DNA from: Nitrospirales bacterium
Lineage (GTDB): Bacteria; Nitrospirota; Nitrospiria; Nitrospirales; UBA8639
DNA: 61,199 bases
Direction: 5' to 3'
Assembly: GCA_021604365.1 (NCBI GenBank)
Contig: BQIZ01000001.1
Span: forward strand, 1 to 61,199
In this document: piece after piece, positions 49,759 through 60,626 of the stretch
Numbering within the stretch: the first letter of the stretch is position 1
Layout of the letters: each line of letters opens with the position of its first letter
The notes under the pieces: model-generated
What the model saw: the letters and a program-made list of their open reading frames with translations, nothing else
What the model was told of the DNA's origin: nothing
Databases searched by the model: none
Made by a program: the position numbers and the translations under genes

Positions 49759-50364
49759 ATGGATATCGTGGCTTCTGAGGATCGACGTCAAGATTGCCGT
49801 GTGGATGTGCCCGTATGTCTTTGGGTTGAGGTTCCTCTTGCATTCTCTTATGAAACGATTGATCTTGATGGGGCAGAATTTAGCCAGTGGCAATGGGATG
49901 AGTTAGCTGTTTCCCCGGATTTAGTCAAGGCCATGGTGGATGAAAAGGATCTGACCATTCGTGATCCTTTGCTCTTACAGATGGTTACCCGTATTGACTG
50001 GATGTTGACCTCCATTCTCCGAACATTGGGAAAAGAAAAAAATCTCAAGGGGGCTATTCCAGAATTTACGAAAGTGAGCCTATGCGGTTCCGGAATAAAA
50101 TTCTTTTCCGAAGACTCATATCCCCTTGATTCCTTTCTCGTCCTACGTCTCATTTTGCGGCCATTTATTCCGATTCAGGCTGTTGGCAAAATTGTTAGAG
50201 TTGATGCTACACGAAAAGGCAAGGAGCCGGGATTTGAGATTGCGGTGGAGTTTACCAAAATTTCTTCTGATGATCGCGAAGCGATTATTCGACACACACT
50301 TCGGTCTCAAGCCACCATGCAACGGCTTCGGCTCAAGGAACCTGTCGATTCCGTCCTTGACTAA
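49759..50364 (+). CDS. PilZ-domain protein
   Basis: N-terminal RRQDCR, SLCGSGIKF, GKIVRV and IAVEF..I...DREAIIR. Confidence 0.85.
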   Translation: MDIVASEDRRQDCRVDVPVCLWVEVPLAFSYETIDLDGAEFSQWQWDELAVSPDLVKAMVDEKDLTIRDPLLLQMVTRIDWMLTSILRTLGKEKNLKGAIPEFTKVSLCGSGIKFFSEDSYPLDSFLVLRLILRPFIPIQAVGKIVRVDATRKGKEPGFEIAVEFTKISSDDREAIIRHTLRSQATMQRLRLKEPVDSVLD

Positions 50365-52042
50365 GGCTTCGGGAATTTTTTGCTGTCTGTTGTCCTGTTT
50401 CGTAATCGTGACAGGATGTCAGAGGGCACCTGACGTTGCCCTTCCTCCTCATTCGGTATCTTCATCGTCTATTTCCTCTTCGCCCCCTCGTGTTCTTGGT
50501 CGACCTTATAGTGTTGCTATCCTGCCTTTTGAGAATATGAGCCGGGACCTCCAACTAGATTGGTTACGTCGTGGGCTACAGGAAATGCTGGTTAGTGATT
50601 TAGCGCAATGGTCGCAACTTGAGGTGGTATCACGTGATGCCCTCGGTTCGGTCTTACGTGAGCAATGGTTGCAACAGCGAGGGTTTTCATCAGATGAGAA
50701 TTCTGTCGGTCTTGGACGCTTAAAAGGAGTGCGGTATCTTATTCAAGGGAGAATGTATGCACAAGAGGAGGCCCTTGCCGTCGATCTGCAGATTGTCGAC
50801 GTGGAGACGGGGGTGGTTGTGGGGGCCGTCAACGCCAAGGGGCTAGAGTCGGATATCCCTGGTTTGGAGCAAGACATTGTGACTCGCGTCCTTGGTATGT
50901 TTGACCCTTCTCTTAATGTGGAAACCCGGTCAATGTCCGATCAGATGGCAGAAAGCTCGCAGATGTCCTCCAATTGGCATCTTGATATTGACCAAGAAAG
51001 GGGATCCTTGCCTTATCCTGGATCAGTTAATTCTCATGCGGTGGATGAAGTCGATGCTCTCCTATCATTGGAAAAGCTTACTCATAAGAGAAGGGAGGCG
51101 TATTGGTTAGCAGAAACGATCTGGCATGAGGGTTGGGTATCTGAAATTGGGCATCCTCTCCAACAGGTTTGGCTATTCCCGAATGCTTCCCTGAGCTCGG
51201 TGCCGGTCATGGCTATTCCTATTTCACTGTTTTTCTCTCCTCATCGGCTCGCCCATATTTTTGAGCAAACGCAGAAGACAGAAACCGGTTCTGGGGGATA
51301 TGTGGATTCTGATGGATTCCGAACGACCATAGATGAGGATTCTGGAGCTCAGTTATTATTTGTTGAACATTTTCAGAAGCGGCGGCGTGTATTTATTCGT
51401 GCAATTAATGAACAAGGAGATGTGGTGGCCATTTTTTCCGATTGGGGATGGCGGACGGAACGTAAATTTTCAATGCTGGGCACTCAAGGGGTATCTGTGC
51501 CCATGTGGCCGAACCCGTTTATCACCGGGTTCGTTAAATTTCCGGTTGATTGGGTTGAGGGGGCAGGGCGCCATGTGACATTTGATAGCGTGGTGGTTCC
51601 TGTGCCAGACGAGCAAGTTCTTGTTTTGCTGGAGCCAATTAGAGAGCTTCAAAAAGAGGGAAGTGAGATTTCCCCACAAGGTGATCAGGAAGAAGTTTTT
51701 CTTCAGGGTTTGGGGAATCTGATCAAATCGAATTGGACCCCTTCGATAACTGAAGGACTTCCAGTGCGTGGGTATTTGCCAGGCAATAAACGGACAGCGG
51801 TGGGTGTCGTCCATGCCCAAGATGGAAAAATTCGTGACATTCAATTTCAGCATTGGCCTGAGGATCCGTTTTTTTTGAAAAGCTTACAAGATCTTCAACT
51901 AAAGTTATTGGGGGCTTGTCTGGAATGTCAGGACTCCGTTCAGGTTCTCTCCCTTCTCCCAGCTTCGTTCAAAACCTTTCGTGTACAACTCACGCTGGTA
52001 AAAGACATTCACGCCCTTCATCTGGGAAGCCGTTCTCAATAA
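50357..52042 (+). CDS. Putative lipoprotein with a TolB-N/CsgG/FlgO-like domain and a long unknown C-terminus
   Basis: The in-frame TTG at 50357 gives a signal peptide with lipobox VTG-C. Also VAILPFEN..LDWL..GLQEML..DL..L.VVSR and QIVDVETG. Confidence 0.75.
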   Translation: MTKASGIFCCLLSCFVIVTGCQRAPDVALPPHSVSSSSISSSPPRVLGRPYSVAILPFENMSRDLQLDWLRRGLQEMLVSDLAQWSQLEVVSRDALGSVLREQWLQQRGFSSDENSVGLGRLKGVRYLIQGRMYAQEEALAVDLQIVDVETGVVVGAVNAKGLESDIPGLEQDIVTRVLGMFDPSLNVETRSMSDQMAESSQMSSNWHLDIDQERGSLPYPGSVNSHAVDEVDALLSLEKLTHKRREAYWLAETIWHEGWVSEIGHPLQQVWLFPNASLSSVPVMAIPISLFFSPHRLAHIFEQTQKTETGSGGYVDSDGFRTTIDEDSGAQLLFVEHFQKRRRVFIRAINEQGDVVAIFSDWGWRTERKFSMLGTQGVSVPMWPNPFITGFVKFPVDWVEGAGRHVTFDSVVVPVPDEQVLVLLEPIRELQKEGSEISPQGDQEEVFLQGLGNLIKSNWTPSITEGLPVRGYLPGNKRTAVGVVHAQDGKIRDIQFQHWPEDPFFLKSLQDLQLKLLGACLECQDSVQVLSLLPASFKTFRVQLTLVKDIHALHLGSRSQ

Positions 52043-52107
52043 CCTTGCACTTGATTCTCTCAGTTTTAGGGTTCCATAGGTGGAGGGACTGTATCTGTTC
52101 TGGTCAC

Positions 52108-53523
52108 TCAGGATGGTTGTACTAAGGTTGGCCAATGCCGTCGGAGGGTTTCCTCTGCGGCGTTGGCAAGTATCTTGTCGATGGAATGATCCTGGCTGAA
52201 AACTCGCAGGGTGATCATCCGAGCGGGAAGATATTGGAGAAATTTCTGAAGACTATCTTTTTCGACCGTGCATTTAGCAGGGTTCCAGACGAATATTTGA
52301 AAGTTCCCCATGTTGAGCAAATTAATGGGGCGAGGGTCTTTATGAGCAAAGTCTACTCGAATATCTTGGGGACGATATTTGGGCGGTAACAGTCGGCGCA
52401 TCCGTTTCAGAAATACCTGAGGTTGAAAGGATGATGCTGCCGGCTGAATGATGGGGAGCAGCGTACTGAATGCGGTTTTCCACTTCACGTGTCTTCCAAT
52501 AATTTGACTCCACTGTAATCCCAGTTGGCGTTTGTGCATGGAGCGAGCGTGTTTCCAGGAACGAACCGTTTCAATGACGTGCCAATCGGTTAGATGGAGA
52601 TAATGAGGTAGGGATTGGAGTGGATTTTTTTTGCACAGGATCTCCATGGTAGGTTGAAAAATTTCCTGAAGATGGATGTCGATCGCCCGTGTGGTGCGAT
52701 GGTAATAGACATTTGAGTAGAGATAGAGCCTGGCGTGTAAAAACATCTGCAACGCAGGAAGTCCTGATTGGTGGATTGTGAGACCATGTGATGAAAAGAA
52801 GGAGTAATGAAGGAGTCGTTCAATGTCCACAGGCCCAATGGCCACCCCGCACATGTAGGAATCCCTGAGGACGTAATCACAATTGTCCGGGGTATAAATT
52901 CCGCCAAGAAGTGGTTGTAAGGCGATAACCCATGGAGGTAGACCCTTTGTCGATTTGTGAGGATCCTTCAGAATAAGGAAGGCAATATGATCCGGGTCCA
53001 GATGCTCTCCGGGAGCAAAAGGCCCTGTGGGACTTCGGCTGATTTTTTTGATGATTTGAGCCAAATGGTCACGAATAATGTGTTGGCCGAGCATTTCATG
53101 CGTCAGGTTAAATTGATGCAGGAAATGGTGATCAAAGAAATGGCAGAAGGGTCCATGTCCGATATCATGTAGTAGAGCCGTGATGCGAATAAATTCTTCT
53201 AGAAAATGACAAGATGGAACTTCGGAGACGGTTTGGCAAAGCGAAGGATAGAGGCGAACCATAAACCGACCTGCCAGGTGCATGGTTCCTAGAGAGTGCT
53301 GAAACCGGGTATGTTCGGCGCCCGGATAGACCCAATGTGCACTCTGAAGTTGGAGAATATACCGAAGGCGTTGAACCCAGGGAGAATCAATTAGGTCTTT
53401 TTCGGTTTGTTCCGTAAACTGTGGTACTGAATAGGGAACGGTGATGGAAATATAACCGTGAATGGGATCGGCGAGAAGCGAGACGCCATCAAATGGAGAT
53501 GAGAGTGGTTGTGATGTGGTCAT
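52108..53523 (-). CDS. HD-domain phosphohydrolase (SAMHD1/YwfO-like dNTPase family)
   Basis: DPIHG, QRLRYI.QL, YPGAEHTRFQHSLG, LLHDIGHGPFCH, DYVLRD and VYYHR. Confidence 0.9.
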   Translation of the reverse strand: MTTSQPLSSPFDGVSLLADPIHGYISITVPYSVPQFTEQTEKDLIDSPWVQRLRYILQLQSAHWVYPGAEHTRFQHSLGTMHLAGRFMVRLYPSLCQTVSEVPSCHFLEEFIRITALLHDIGHGPFCHFFDHHFLHQFNLTHEMLGQHIIRDHLAQIIKKISRSPTGPFAPGEHLDPDHIAFLILKDPHKSTKGLPPWVIALQPLLGGIYTPDNCDYVLRDSYMCGVAIGPVDIERLLHYSFFSSHGLTIHQSGLPALQMFLHARLYLYSNVYYHRTTRAIDIHLQEIFQPTMEILCKKNPLQSLPHYLHLTDWHVIETVRSWKHARSMHKRQLGLQWSQIIGRHVKWKTAFSTLLPIIQPAASSFQPQVFLKRMRRLLPPKYRPQDIRVDFAHKDPRPINLLNMGNFQIFVWNPAKCTVEKDSLQKFLQYLPARMITLRVFSQDHSIDKILANAAEETLRRHWPTLVQPS

Positions 53524-53647
53524 GGGCTAAGAGTTTTTCCCTTTGCTCAATCCCTTCCATGTTGGAAAGTGACGAGGTATCGCAACCGGCATGAGGAGAG
53601 AACTGCTTCTGTTTTCGATCTGCTGCTGCGCCATGTTTTTTATTCTT

Positions 53648-54103
53648 CTAGGAATTTTTGAACCCCCGGTATCGGGTCATGACCCATCGCATGATGGGAT
53701 AGGCCATCAATGATCCCACAATCGAAAGGGCACAGGCCCCAACAAAAAAAGGTATGAGATAAGGGGAAAGCATGTCAAACATATTGTCCACGTTCATTTG
53801 ATCCCACTCAATCGTGGTAGATGAAGATGTGCCTACCAACAGCAATCCGGTATAGAGACTGGCGGCTAAGATTGGAACAAGTGTCCAGGGATTGTTGATT
53901 AATGACCCCAGAAAGAGAGCTAAAAAATTCAGCCGGAAGGCCCAAGCGCAGAACACTACGCTGGCCGTGTGGAAGAAATAATGTGGCGCGAACGCGATAA
54001 ACACACCAAGAGAAAATGCCAAGGCTGTGCGGTGAGGAGTTTCCTGAAGGTGTAAGACCTGAGTCAGTTGTTGTCGGACAGATTCAAGCGTTACCATAGA
54101 CAA
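53648..54103 (-). CDS. DUF2062-family membrane protein
   Basis: TPHRTALAFSLGVFIAF.P and NNPWT..P, with hydrophobic segments. Confidence 0.85.
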   Translation of the reverse strand: MSMVTLESVRQQLTQVLHLQETPHRTALAFSLGVFIAFAPHYFFHTASVVFCAWAFRLNFLALFLGSLINNPWTLVPILAASLYTGLLLVGTSSSTTIEWDQMNVDNMFDMLSPYLIPFFVGACALSIVGSLMAYPIMRWVMTRYRGFKNS

Positions 54104-54118
54104 TTTCCTGACAATCTG

Positions 54119-55162
54119 TTACTCCGAAAAATGCACATAACTTTTCGGCACAAGTTGGTGAGTCTTACCGGTTTTTTTCGTGATTTGAATTCCCGAACGA
54201 CGAGAGGTAATGACGCCAACGGCGGTCGCAGGAATCCGGAGTCGTTTGACCGCTGATTCAAGGCTGTGTTGTTTTTTGGGAGATACAGTAAACAATAATT
54301 CGTATTCTTCTCCTCCGTGTAGGGCCCAGGTTAGGGGGTCTGTGCCCACCTGTGAAGCATACGCGAGGAGAGGAGGGGACATGGGAAGGCTGGCTTCCAG
54401 AATGAGGGCTCCTACTCGGCTTTGTTGGCACAAATGTGTGATATCTCCCGAGAGACCATCAGATAGATCCAACGCCGCCGAAGCCAAACGGCGGGAAGAC
54501 AGCAACCGTCCTAATGCAATACGAGGGGTGGGTTGGAGATGGTGCCGAACTAAAAACTTCATGGGTTGCCGCAGGTTCGAAATCTTTCCACGAGACCCTT
54601 GATGTGTCAGGCATGCCAAACCAGCAGCCGAGTTACCCAATGATCCACTGACATAGATAATATCTCCTTCCTTAGCCCCACCTCGTGTTAATGCATGACC
54701 GGGTTCAACCTGTCCTAGTATGGTGATTGACAGAAATAGAGAAGAATGTGAGGCTGAAGTATCCCCCCCCACGAGTTGAACCCCATGCGACTTGCAAGGA
54801 ACGGAAAGCCCACGATACAGGTCTTTCCAGTCCCCAAATCTCACATAGGAGGGAAGGGCCACAGCCACCAGTATATAGGTGGGAGTGGCTCCCATTGCGG
54901 CAATGTCGCTGAGATTGGCCACGGCAGCCTTGTAGCCTATGTCATAAAATGAAGCGGTATTGTTTGAAAAATGAATGCCTTCAACGAGTAGGTCCGTAGA
55001 TATGACAATATGGGTAGATGAAGGATGAGCCAGAAGTGCGGCATCGTCTCCCAGGCCAATGAGTGTCCTAGAACCGGGTGGGGAAAATCCACGATTCAGG
55101 GCGCGGATGAGTTGGAATTCCCCTATTTTTGACACGGGCGCCTGGCGGCGGGAAGGAGACAT
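54119..55162 (-). CDS. thiL: Thiamine-monophosphate kinase
   Basis: GEFQLI, GLGDDAA, NLSDIAAMGA, GGDT, DLSDGL and GGEEYELLF. Confidence 0.95.
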   Translation of the reverse strand: MSPSRRQAPVSKIGEFQLIRALNRGFSPPGSRTLIGLGDDAALLAHPSSTHIVISTDLLVEGIHFSNNTASFYDIGYKAAVANLSDIAAMGATPTYILVAVALPSYVRFGDWKDLYRGLSVPCKSHGVQLVGGDTSASHSSLFLSITILGQVEPGHALTRGGAKEGDIIYVSGSLGNSAAGLACLTHQGSRGKISNLRQPMKFLVRHHLQPTPRIALGRLLSSRRLASAALDLSDGLSGDITHLCQQSRVGALILEASLPMSPPLLAYASQVGTDPLTWALHGGEEYELLFTVSPKKQHSLESAVKRLRIPATAVGVITSRRSGIQITKKTGKTHQLVPKSYVHFSE

Positions 55163-55170
55163 GATAAAAA

Positions 55171-57648
55171 TCAGCGTGTCTTGGGGACGGTTTGTCGTAA
55201 AGGGCGACGGGTGACCGACGAGGCCACCTTTTTTCGACGGCCGGAAGAATTATTTCCATGAGTTATTGCCGAGTTCAGAGTGTGTCGATTTTTAGGGCGA
55301 AGGGCGACTTTGAGAACTTCCGACATATTCTCGACATAAATAAACTGAAGGCCTCGCAATAAATGTTTGGGAATATCATTCAGGTCTTTTTGATTTCTTT
55401 TAGGCATGACAATGGTTTGGATATGGGCCCGTTTAGCGGCGAGAACTTTTTCTTTTAACCCGCCAATGGCCAGTATTCTGCCGCGAAGCGTGACTTCTCC
55501 TGTCATCGCCAAGTCTCGTTTGACGGGTTGGTTGGTGAGGCAGGACGCAAGTGCCGTGGCGATGGTGATGCCTGCTGAAGGCCCGTCCTTGGGTATCGCG
55601 CCGGCAGGTACGTGAACGTGGATGTCTTGTTTGGCGAAGATGTCAGGATCGATTCCCAGTGACTTGGCCTGGGAGCGGATATACGTAAGTGCGGCATGGG
55701 CAGATTCTTTCATGACTTCCCCGAGATGGCCTGTTAAGGTTAGAAGGCCTTTCCCCTTGATGGCCGAGGTCTCAACGTACAGGACATCTCCGCCGGTTTC
55801 TGTCCATGCGAGTCCTGTTGAGATGCCGACTTCATCTTTCTCCTGCTCCTGATCCGGCACATATTTGGGCACGCCTAGATAGCGGTTGAGGTTTCGAGGT
55901 GTGACCTGATGCTGTTTTATCTTTCCTTCGGCAATGTATTTGGCTACTTTTCGCATCACATTCGCGAGTTCGCGCTCTAGATTGCGAACTCCGGCCTCCC
56001 TGGTATATTGAGAGATGATGCGTGCCAAGCACGGATCGGTGAGGAGTAAATGCTCCTCCGTAATCCCGTGTTCTTCTAACTGTCGGGGGATCAAATAGCG
56101 TTGCGCAATGCCAAGCTTTTCTTCCTCTGAATACCCTGGAATTTCAATGATCTCCATTCGGTCCCGTAGTGCGGAGAGAATGGGGTCTGTTAAATTTGCG
56201 GTCGTAATAAACATCACTTTACTCAGGTCAACGGGTACCCCGAGATAGTGGTCCATAAAGGCATGATTCTGTTCGGGATCTAGAACCTCGAGCAGGGCCG
56301 CCGACGGATCCCCGCGGAAATCTGTCCCGATCTTATCGACTTCATCCAACATGAACACGGGGTTATTGGTTCCGGCCTGCTTGATCCCCTGAACAATTCT
56401 CCCCGGCAAAGCTCCGACATAGGTTCGGCGATGCCCGCGAATTTCGGCTTCGTCTCGTGTTCCACCTAAACTCATGCGAACGAATTCTCGACCCATGGCA
56501 CGAGCAATCGATTTACCTAAGGAAGTTTTTCCGACTCCAGGAGGGCCCACAAAACACAAGATAGGCCCTTTCATATTGGCTTTGAGTTTGCGGACTGCGA
56601 GATATTCCAGAATTCGTTCCTTGACCCGTTCCAGGTCGTAGTGATCATCATGCAGCACTTGGCTTGCCTGTGGAATGTTGAGGTTATCCTCAGAATGATG
56701 ATTCCACGGTAATTCAACCATCCATTCCAAATACGTTCTGATCGTCCCGGCCTCGGCCGTATCCTGGTGCATTTTTTCTAGACGTTTCAGTTGCTTCTCC
56801 GCCTCTTTCAGGACCTTGTCCGGCATGATGGCTTCTTGAATTTTTCGACGAAATTCAGCCACTTCTTCGGATCGGTCATCAAGGTCTCCCAACTCTTTTT
56901 GGATCGCCTTGAGTTGTTCACGAAGGAAGTATTCGCGTTGCGTCTTATCCATTTCGCCCTTGGCTTCAGTTTGGATTTTCTGTTGCATGGACAAAACGTC
57001 TTGCTCGTTTCCCAGGATCTCATTGACACGCCTCAGACGGAGAAGGGGGTCTTCAATTTCAAGGACTCCCTGTGTGGTCTCAACGTTGAGCCCCAGATTA
57101 GAGGAGATAATGTCTGCCAGACGCCCAGGATCGTCCAGGTTTTCAATGACGGTGAGCACATCCGGCATGAATATTTTTCCTAATCCGATGACTTTACCTA
57201 ATGCTTCTCGGGTGGAACGCACGGTGGCTTCTTTTTCCAATGAAGGAAGCGCTGTGGACAATTCTGTGCAGGTTTCGATGCGGGCAGAGAAAAATGGATT
57301 GGTTTGGGTGAATTCTTGAACGCGGGCTTTGGTGAGCCCCTGAATGAGTATTTTAATACGGGCATCCGGAAGTTTCAGCATGCGCATGATGACACCGACT
57401 GTTCCCACTTGATAGAGGTCTTGAGTCTCCGGTACTTCCACCTCTTGATTTTTTTGGGTAGTTAAGAAAATTAAGCGGTTGGAAGAGAGGAGAGAGGCTT
57501 CAATGGCCTTAATAGAAATGTTACGCCCAACAAAGAGGGGAAGCACCATATAGGGAAAGACGACAATATCCCGTACAGGCAGGAGTGGTAATTCATCTGG
57601 GATCTGGTCAATGGAAGGTGTGGGAATCTCCTGGTAGTCTTCAGTCAT
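55171..57648 (-). CDS. lon: ATP-dependent Lon protease
   Basis: [10 protein letters not shown], Walker [24 protein letters not shown] and GGLKEK. Confidence 0.98.
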   Translation of the reverse strand: MTEDYQEIPTPSIDQIPDELPLLPVRDIVVFPYMVLPLFVGRNISIKAIEASLLSSNRLIFLTTQKNQEVEVPETQDLYQVGTVGVIMRMLKLPDARIKILIQGLTKARVQEFTQTNPFFSARIETCTELSTALPSLEKEATVRSTREALGKVIGLGKIFMPDVLTVIENLDDPGRLADIISSNLGLNVETTQGVLEIEDPLLRLRRVNEILGNEQDVLSMQQKIQTEAKGEMDKTQREYFLREQLKAIQKELGDLDDRSEEVAEFRRKIQEAIMPDKVLKEAEKQLKRLEKMHQDTAEAGTIRTYLEWMVELPWNHHSEDNLNIPQASQVLHDDHYDLERVKERILEYLAVRKLKANMKGPILCFVGPPGVGKTSLGKSIARAMGREFVRMSLGGTRDEAEIRGHRRTYVGALPGRIVQGIKQAGTNNPVFMLDEVDKIGTDFRGDPSAALLEVLDPEQNHAFMDHYLGVPVDLSKVMFITTANLTDPILSALRDRMEIIEIPGYSEEEKLGIAQRYLIPRQLEEHGITEEHLLLTDPCLARIISQYTREAGVRNLERELANVMRKVAKYIAEGKIKQHQVTPRNLNRYLGVPKYVPDQEQEKDEVGISTGLAWTETGGDVLYVETSAIKGKGLLTLTGHLGEVMKESAHAALTYIRSQAKSLGIDPDIFAKQDIHVHVPAGAIPKDGPSAGITIATALASCLTNQPVKRDLAMTGEVTLRGRILAIGGLKEKVLAAKRAHIQTIVMPKRNQKDLNDIPKHLLRGLQFIYVENMSEVLKVALRPKNRHTLNSAITHGNNSSGRRKKVASSVTRRPLRQTVPKTR

Positions 57649-57906
57649 CAGTTTTATTTTTAACGATGAACGAATAGGTTAAGCCAAGATATGGCAAGAA
57701 TGATGAACCGTGTTTCGCTGAACTTCTTCATGCGCAAGGAGCCCCTGTCAAACATAGCAAGGATCATTTCGGACACAATGTAAACGGAATAATAGTCCAG
57801 GCTTCCACAGCCAGTGCCGAAGATAGTCCGAGGTTAGGAATGGGTCCCTGAGTGAAATCCAATACTTCGTTGTTTGAGAATAGCTGGATGATTTTCAATG
57901 ATTTTG

Positions 57907-57936
57907 ATACTAGGAGAAGGTGAAAAATGTTGTCAA
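57907..57936 (-). promoter_or_regulatory. Putative sigma70 promoter for the lon operon
   Basis: TTGACA-N18-TAGTAT on the minus strand. Confidence 0.5.
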
Positions 57937-57997
57937 GGTTTATGCCCGTTCACTGCTCGGAATGTCTCTGGGAGTAGAGCGTGCATAGCCTGTTGCC

Positions 57998-58026
57998 TTT
58001 ACAAGGAATCCTGCCACGAATATAAT
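57998..58026 (+). promoter_or_regulatory. Putative sigma70 promoter for bamA-skp
   Basis: TTTACA-N17-TATAAT. Confidence 0.65.
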
Positions 58027-58211
58027 CTGGCACCTTGATCCCAACATGATGATTTTCTTCTCATTTCCCAGGCTTCCTCCCCATTTCATTAACATCTCAA
58101 AGGTTTAACTGTTGGGGAACAAATTGAAGGGGCAATTCTGCTGTCCCGCTGACCATACAATTTTTCTGTGATACACCCTTCTTGTTTTTACCATCGCTTC
58201 AGAGATGCTTC

Positions 58212-60548
58212 ATGGATCTAGTGCTGTTTCGGTCACTTGGTCTTGGGCAAAAGAGGAAGCGTTTTCGAATTTCTCCCTTACCTGCTGGCGGCTTTTTTCT
58301 CCTTGTCGGCCTTTTCGTTTTGGGAACACTTTCGTTTGAGAGGCCTGTGTTGGCTCAATCTTCCCAATCCCAAATTGAGGTCATTAAGGTTGAAGGTAAC
58401 CAGCACATTGAGGAGCAAGCCATTTTAGGGAAATTATCCATCAAACCAGGGGATCCATTTACCCAAGAGTCTATTCGTGAACAAATTCAGCTCATTTATG
58501 GGATGGGTTTTTTTGAAGAAGTCGAAGTCTCAACCGAAGTCAGGGCCGAAGGAGTCCTCGTGGTTTTTCGTGTGAAGGAGAAGCCGTTTACCATCGAAGT
58601 GGTGTTTGATGGAAATGAAGAGTTGTCAGACGATAAGCTTAACGAAAAAAATGTCATAAGAAATCAAGTGTTTTTAGATAAAGAACAGGTAAAAATTTCT
58701 GTAGAAAATTTCCGGCAGTTATATCACGACAAGGGTTTTTACCATGCTCAAATTATTCCTATCACTGATATTGTCGAGAATAATCAAGTACGATTGACCT
58801 ATTACATCGAAGAAGGAACCCAAGCCCATATTCGCACGATCGTGTTTGAGGGCCGGAATGTCATTCAGAAGAAGGAATTGACGTCGTTTATGGCCAATCG
58901 AGAATATTCATGGCCCTGGTCAATTTTTTCGGATGCCGGCATTCTCCACCGCGATGAGCTTCCCAATGATGTCGAACGGATAAAAGAAGTGTATCTCAAT
59001 AAAGGCTATTTAGATGTTCAAGTCGGGATGCCTCGAATGGATTTGGATGAGACGAAGGAATGGTTTACTCTGGTATTTCCGATTGTCGAAGGAGAGCCCT
59101 ATGTGGTGAGTCAAATCCAATATACGGGAAATACACTCTTCTCGGATGCAGAATTGCGGGAAGGTTTGATCATTGAGCCTGGTGAGGTATTTCAGCGGGC
59201 CAAAATCCGTGATGAGATTACCCGCCTGACGGATTTATACGGCAGTCGTGGTTACGCATTTGCCGAAGCTAATCCTTCGGTAGAGCCGGATCCGCCCACT
59301 CGGAGCACTCGTATTGGTTTCTCTATTGAGGAAGGCGAAATGGTCCGGATTCGTGATATCCGCATTACCGGGAATAATAAGACTCGGGACAATGTGATCC
59401 GGCGTGAATTGCGGGTGGATGAACGGGATATGATCGATTCCCCGGGAATAAAGCGAAGTTTCGAACGCCTCAATAATTTGAATTTTTTCGAAACAGTCGA
59501 AATCCTTCCGAAACAAATTGCTCCGGGAGAGGTGGACTTAGACGTCAAGGTGAAGGAAAAACCGACCGGCTCCTTCAGCATTGGTGGGGGGTTCAGCACG
59601 TTAGATCAATTTACGTTAATTGCGGATATCACCGAGGGGAATTTATTCGGGCGGGGGTATTTAGCCAGGATTCGAGGGCAGGTGGGAGGGCGACGAACTA
59701 TTGGGACGATTACCTTTCGAAATCCGGCCATTTTTGATACGTTAACCTCCGGTCAAGCCGATTTGTTCAGCTCTCGCACAAATTACTTGACGTACCTCGA
59801 AAAAAAGCAGGGTGCGAATTTGACGTTTGGTCGGGGGTTTTCCGAATACTTGACAGGGACCTTTACCCTTGTGGCTGAAAAGATCAAAATTGATGATGTG
59901 GACTCTGATGCAAACGATCTGATTAAGGACCAGGAAGGCTCGCAATCCACAACTGGATTTCGTGCCAGTTTATTCCGGGACTCGCGTGATTATTACCTAG
60001 ATCCCCGGCGGGGCACTCGAATCGGTGTCCGCGCGAGTTTTGGAACTGATGCCCTTGGAGGATCAAATAATTTTTATAGTATGGCGTTTGATGCCATGAA
60101 ATTTACGCCTCTCCCCTTTTGGGATTTGCGTCATTCGATTCGAGGTCGTATTGGGTATGGCGACGGATTTAATGGGTCAGACTTTCCTATTCCTGAGTTC
60201 TTTTACGTGGGAGGCATTAACACTGTGCGGGGGTTTAAATACGGCCGTGCCGGACCGGTAACCGATGGAAACGATCCTGAAGGAGGCAATAAACAAATCA
60301 TTTTTAATAATGATTTAATTTTTCCGGTGCTGCCTGATGCCAAGTTGAACGGGGTTCTCTTTTTCGACTATGGAAGAGGATTTTCCCAGGGAGATAAATT
60401 GGATCTTGATCTTCGAATGGCTGCGGGCATGGAAGTGCGATGGATTTCACCATTTGGGCCTCTTCGGGCGGCGTATGGCCGTCCTATTGATGGTCCAAAG
60501 GATGACAGAAAGTGGGTATTTGAATTTTCTGTTGGATCGGTTTTTTAG
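58212..60548 (+). CDS. bamA: Outer-membrane protein assembly factor BamA
   Basis: POTRA repeats (GN..I, GF/GY), GNNKTRDNVIRREL, VRGF, WISPFGP and a terminal F. Start is uncertain. Confidence 0.95.
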   Translation: MDLVLFRSLGLGQKRKRFRISPLPAGGFFLLVGLFVLGTLSFERPVLAQSSQSQIEVIKVEGNQHIEEQAILGKLSIKPGDPFTQESIREQIQLIYGMGFFEEVEVSTEVRAEGVLVVFRVKEKPFTIEVVFDGNEELSDDKLNEKNVIRNQVFLDKEQVKISVENFRQLYHDKGFYHAQIIPITDIVENNQVRLTYYIEEGTQAHIRTIVFEGRNVIQKKELTSFMANREYSWPWSIFSDAGILHRDELPNDVERIKEVYLNKGYLDVQVGMPRMDLDETKEWFTLVFPIVEGEPYVVSQIQYTGNTLFSDAELREGLIIEPGEVFQRAKIRDEITRLTDLYGSRGYAFAEANPSVEPDPPTRSTRIGFSIEEGEMVRIRDIRITGNNKTRDNVIRRELRVDERDMIDSPGIKRSFERLNNLNFFETVEILPKQIAPGEVDLDVKVKEKPTGSFSIGGGFSTLDQFTLIADITEGNLFGRGYLARIRGQVGGRRTIGTITFRNPAIFDTLTSGQADLFSSRTNYLTYLEKKQGANLTFGRGFSEYLTGTFTLVAEKIKIDDVDSDANDLIKDQEGSQSTTGFRASLFRDSRDYYLDPRRGTRIGVRASFGTDALGGSNNFYSMAFDAMKFTPLPFWDLRHSIRGRIGYGDGFNGSDFPIPEFFYVGGINTVRGFKYGRAGPVTDGNDPEGGNKQIIFNNDLIFPVLPDAKLNGVLFFDYGRGFSQGDKLDLDLRMAAGMEVRWISPFGPLRAAYGRPIDGPKDDRKWVFEFSVGSVF

Positions 60549-60626
60549 ATGAATTCTGGAAAAGAAGCTTGGATGGTTAGGAGGGATAGAGAGAAATATA
60601 TGAGAAGTAGTAAAGATGTTGAAGGT

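Noticed and set aside
52108-53523. dNTPase as an anti-phage defence gene
   Set aside because: It lies in a housekeeping run (lon-thiL-DUF2062) with no defence-island context.
608-60552. Numerous short antisense or alternate-frame ORFs overlapping annotated genes
   Set aside because: These are shadow ORFs of well-supported genes with no independent motifs.
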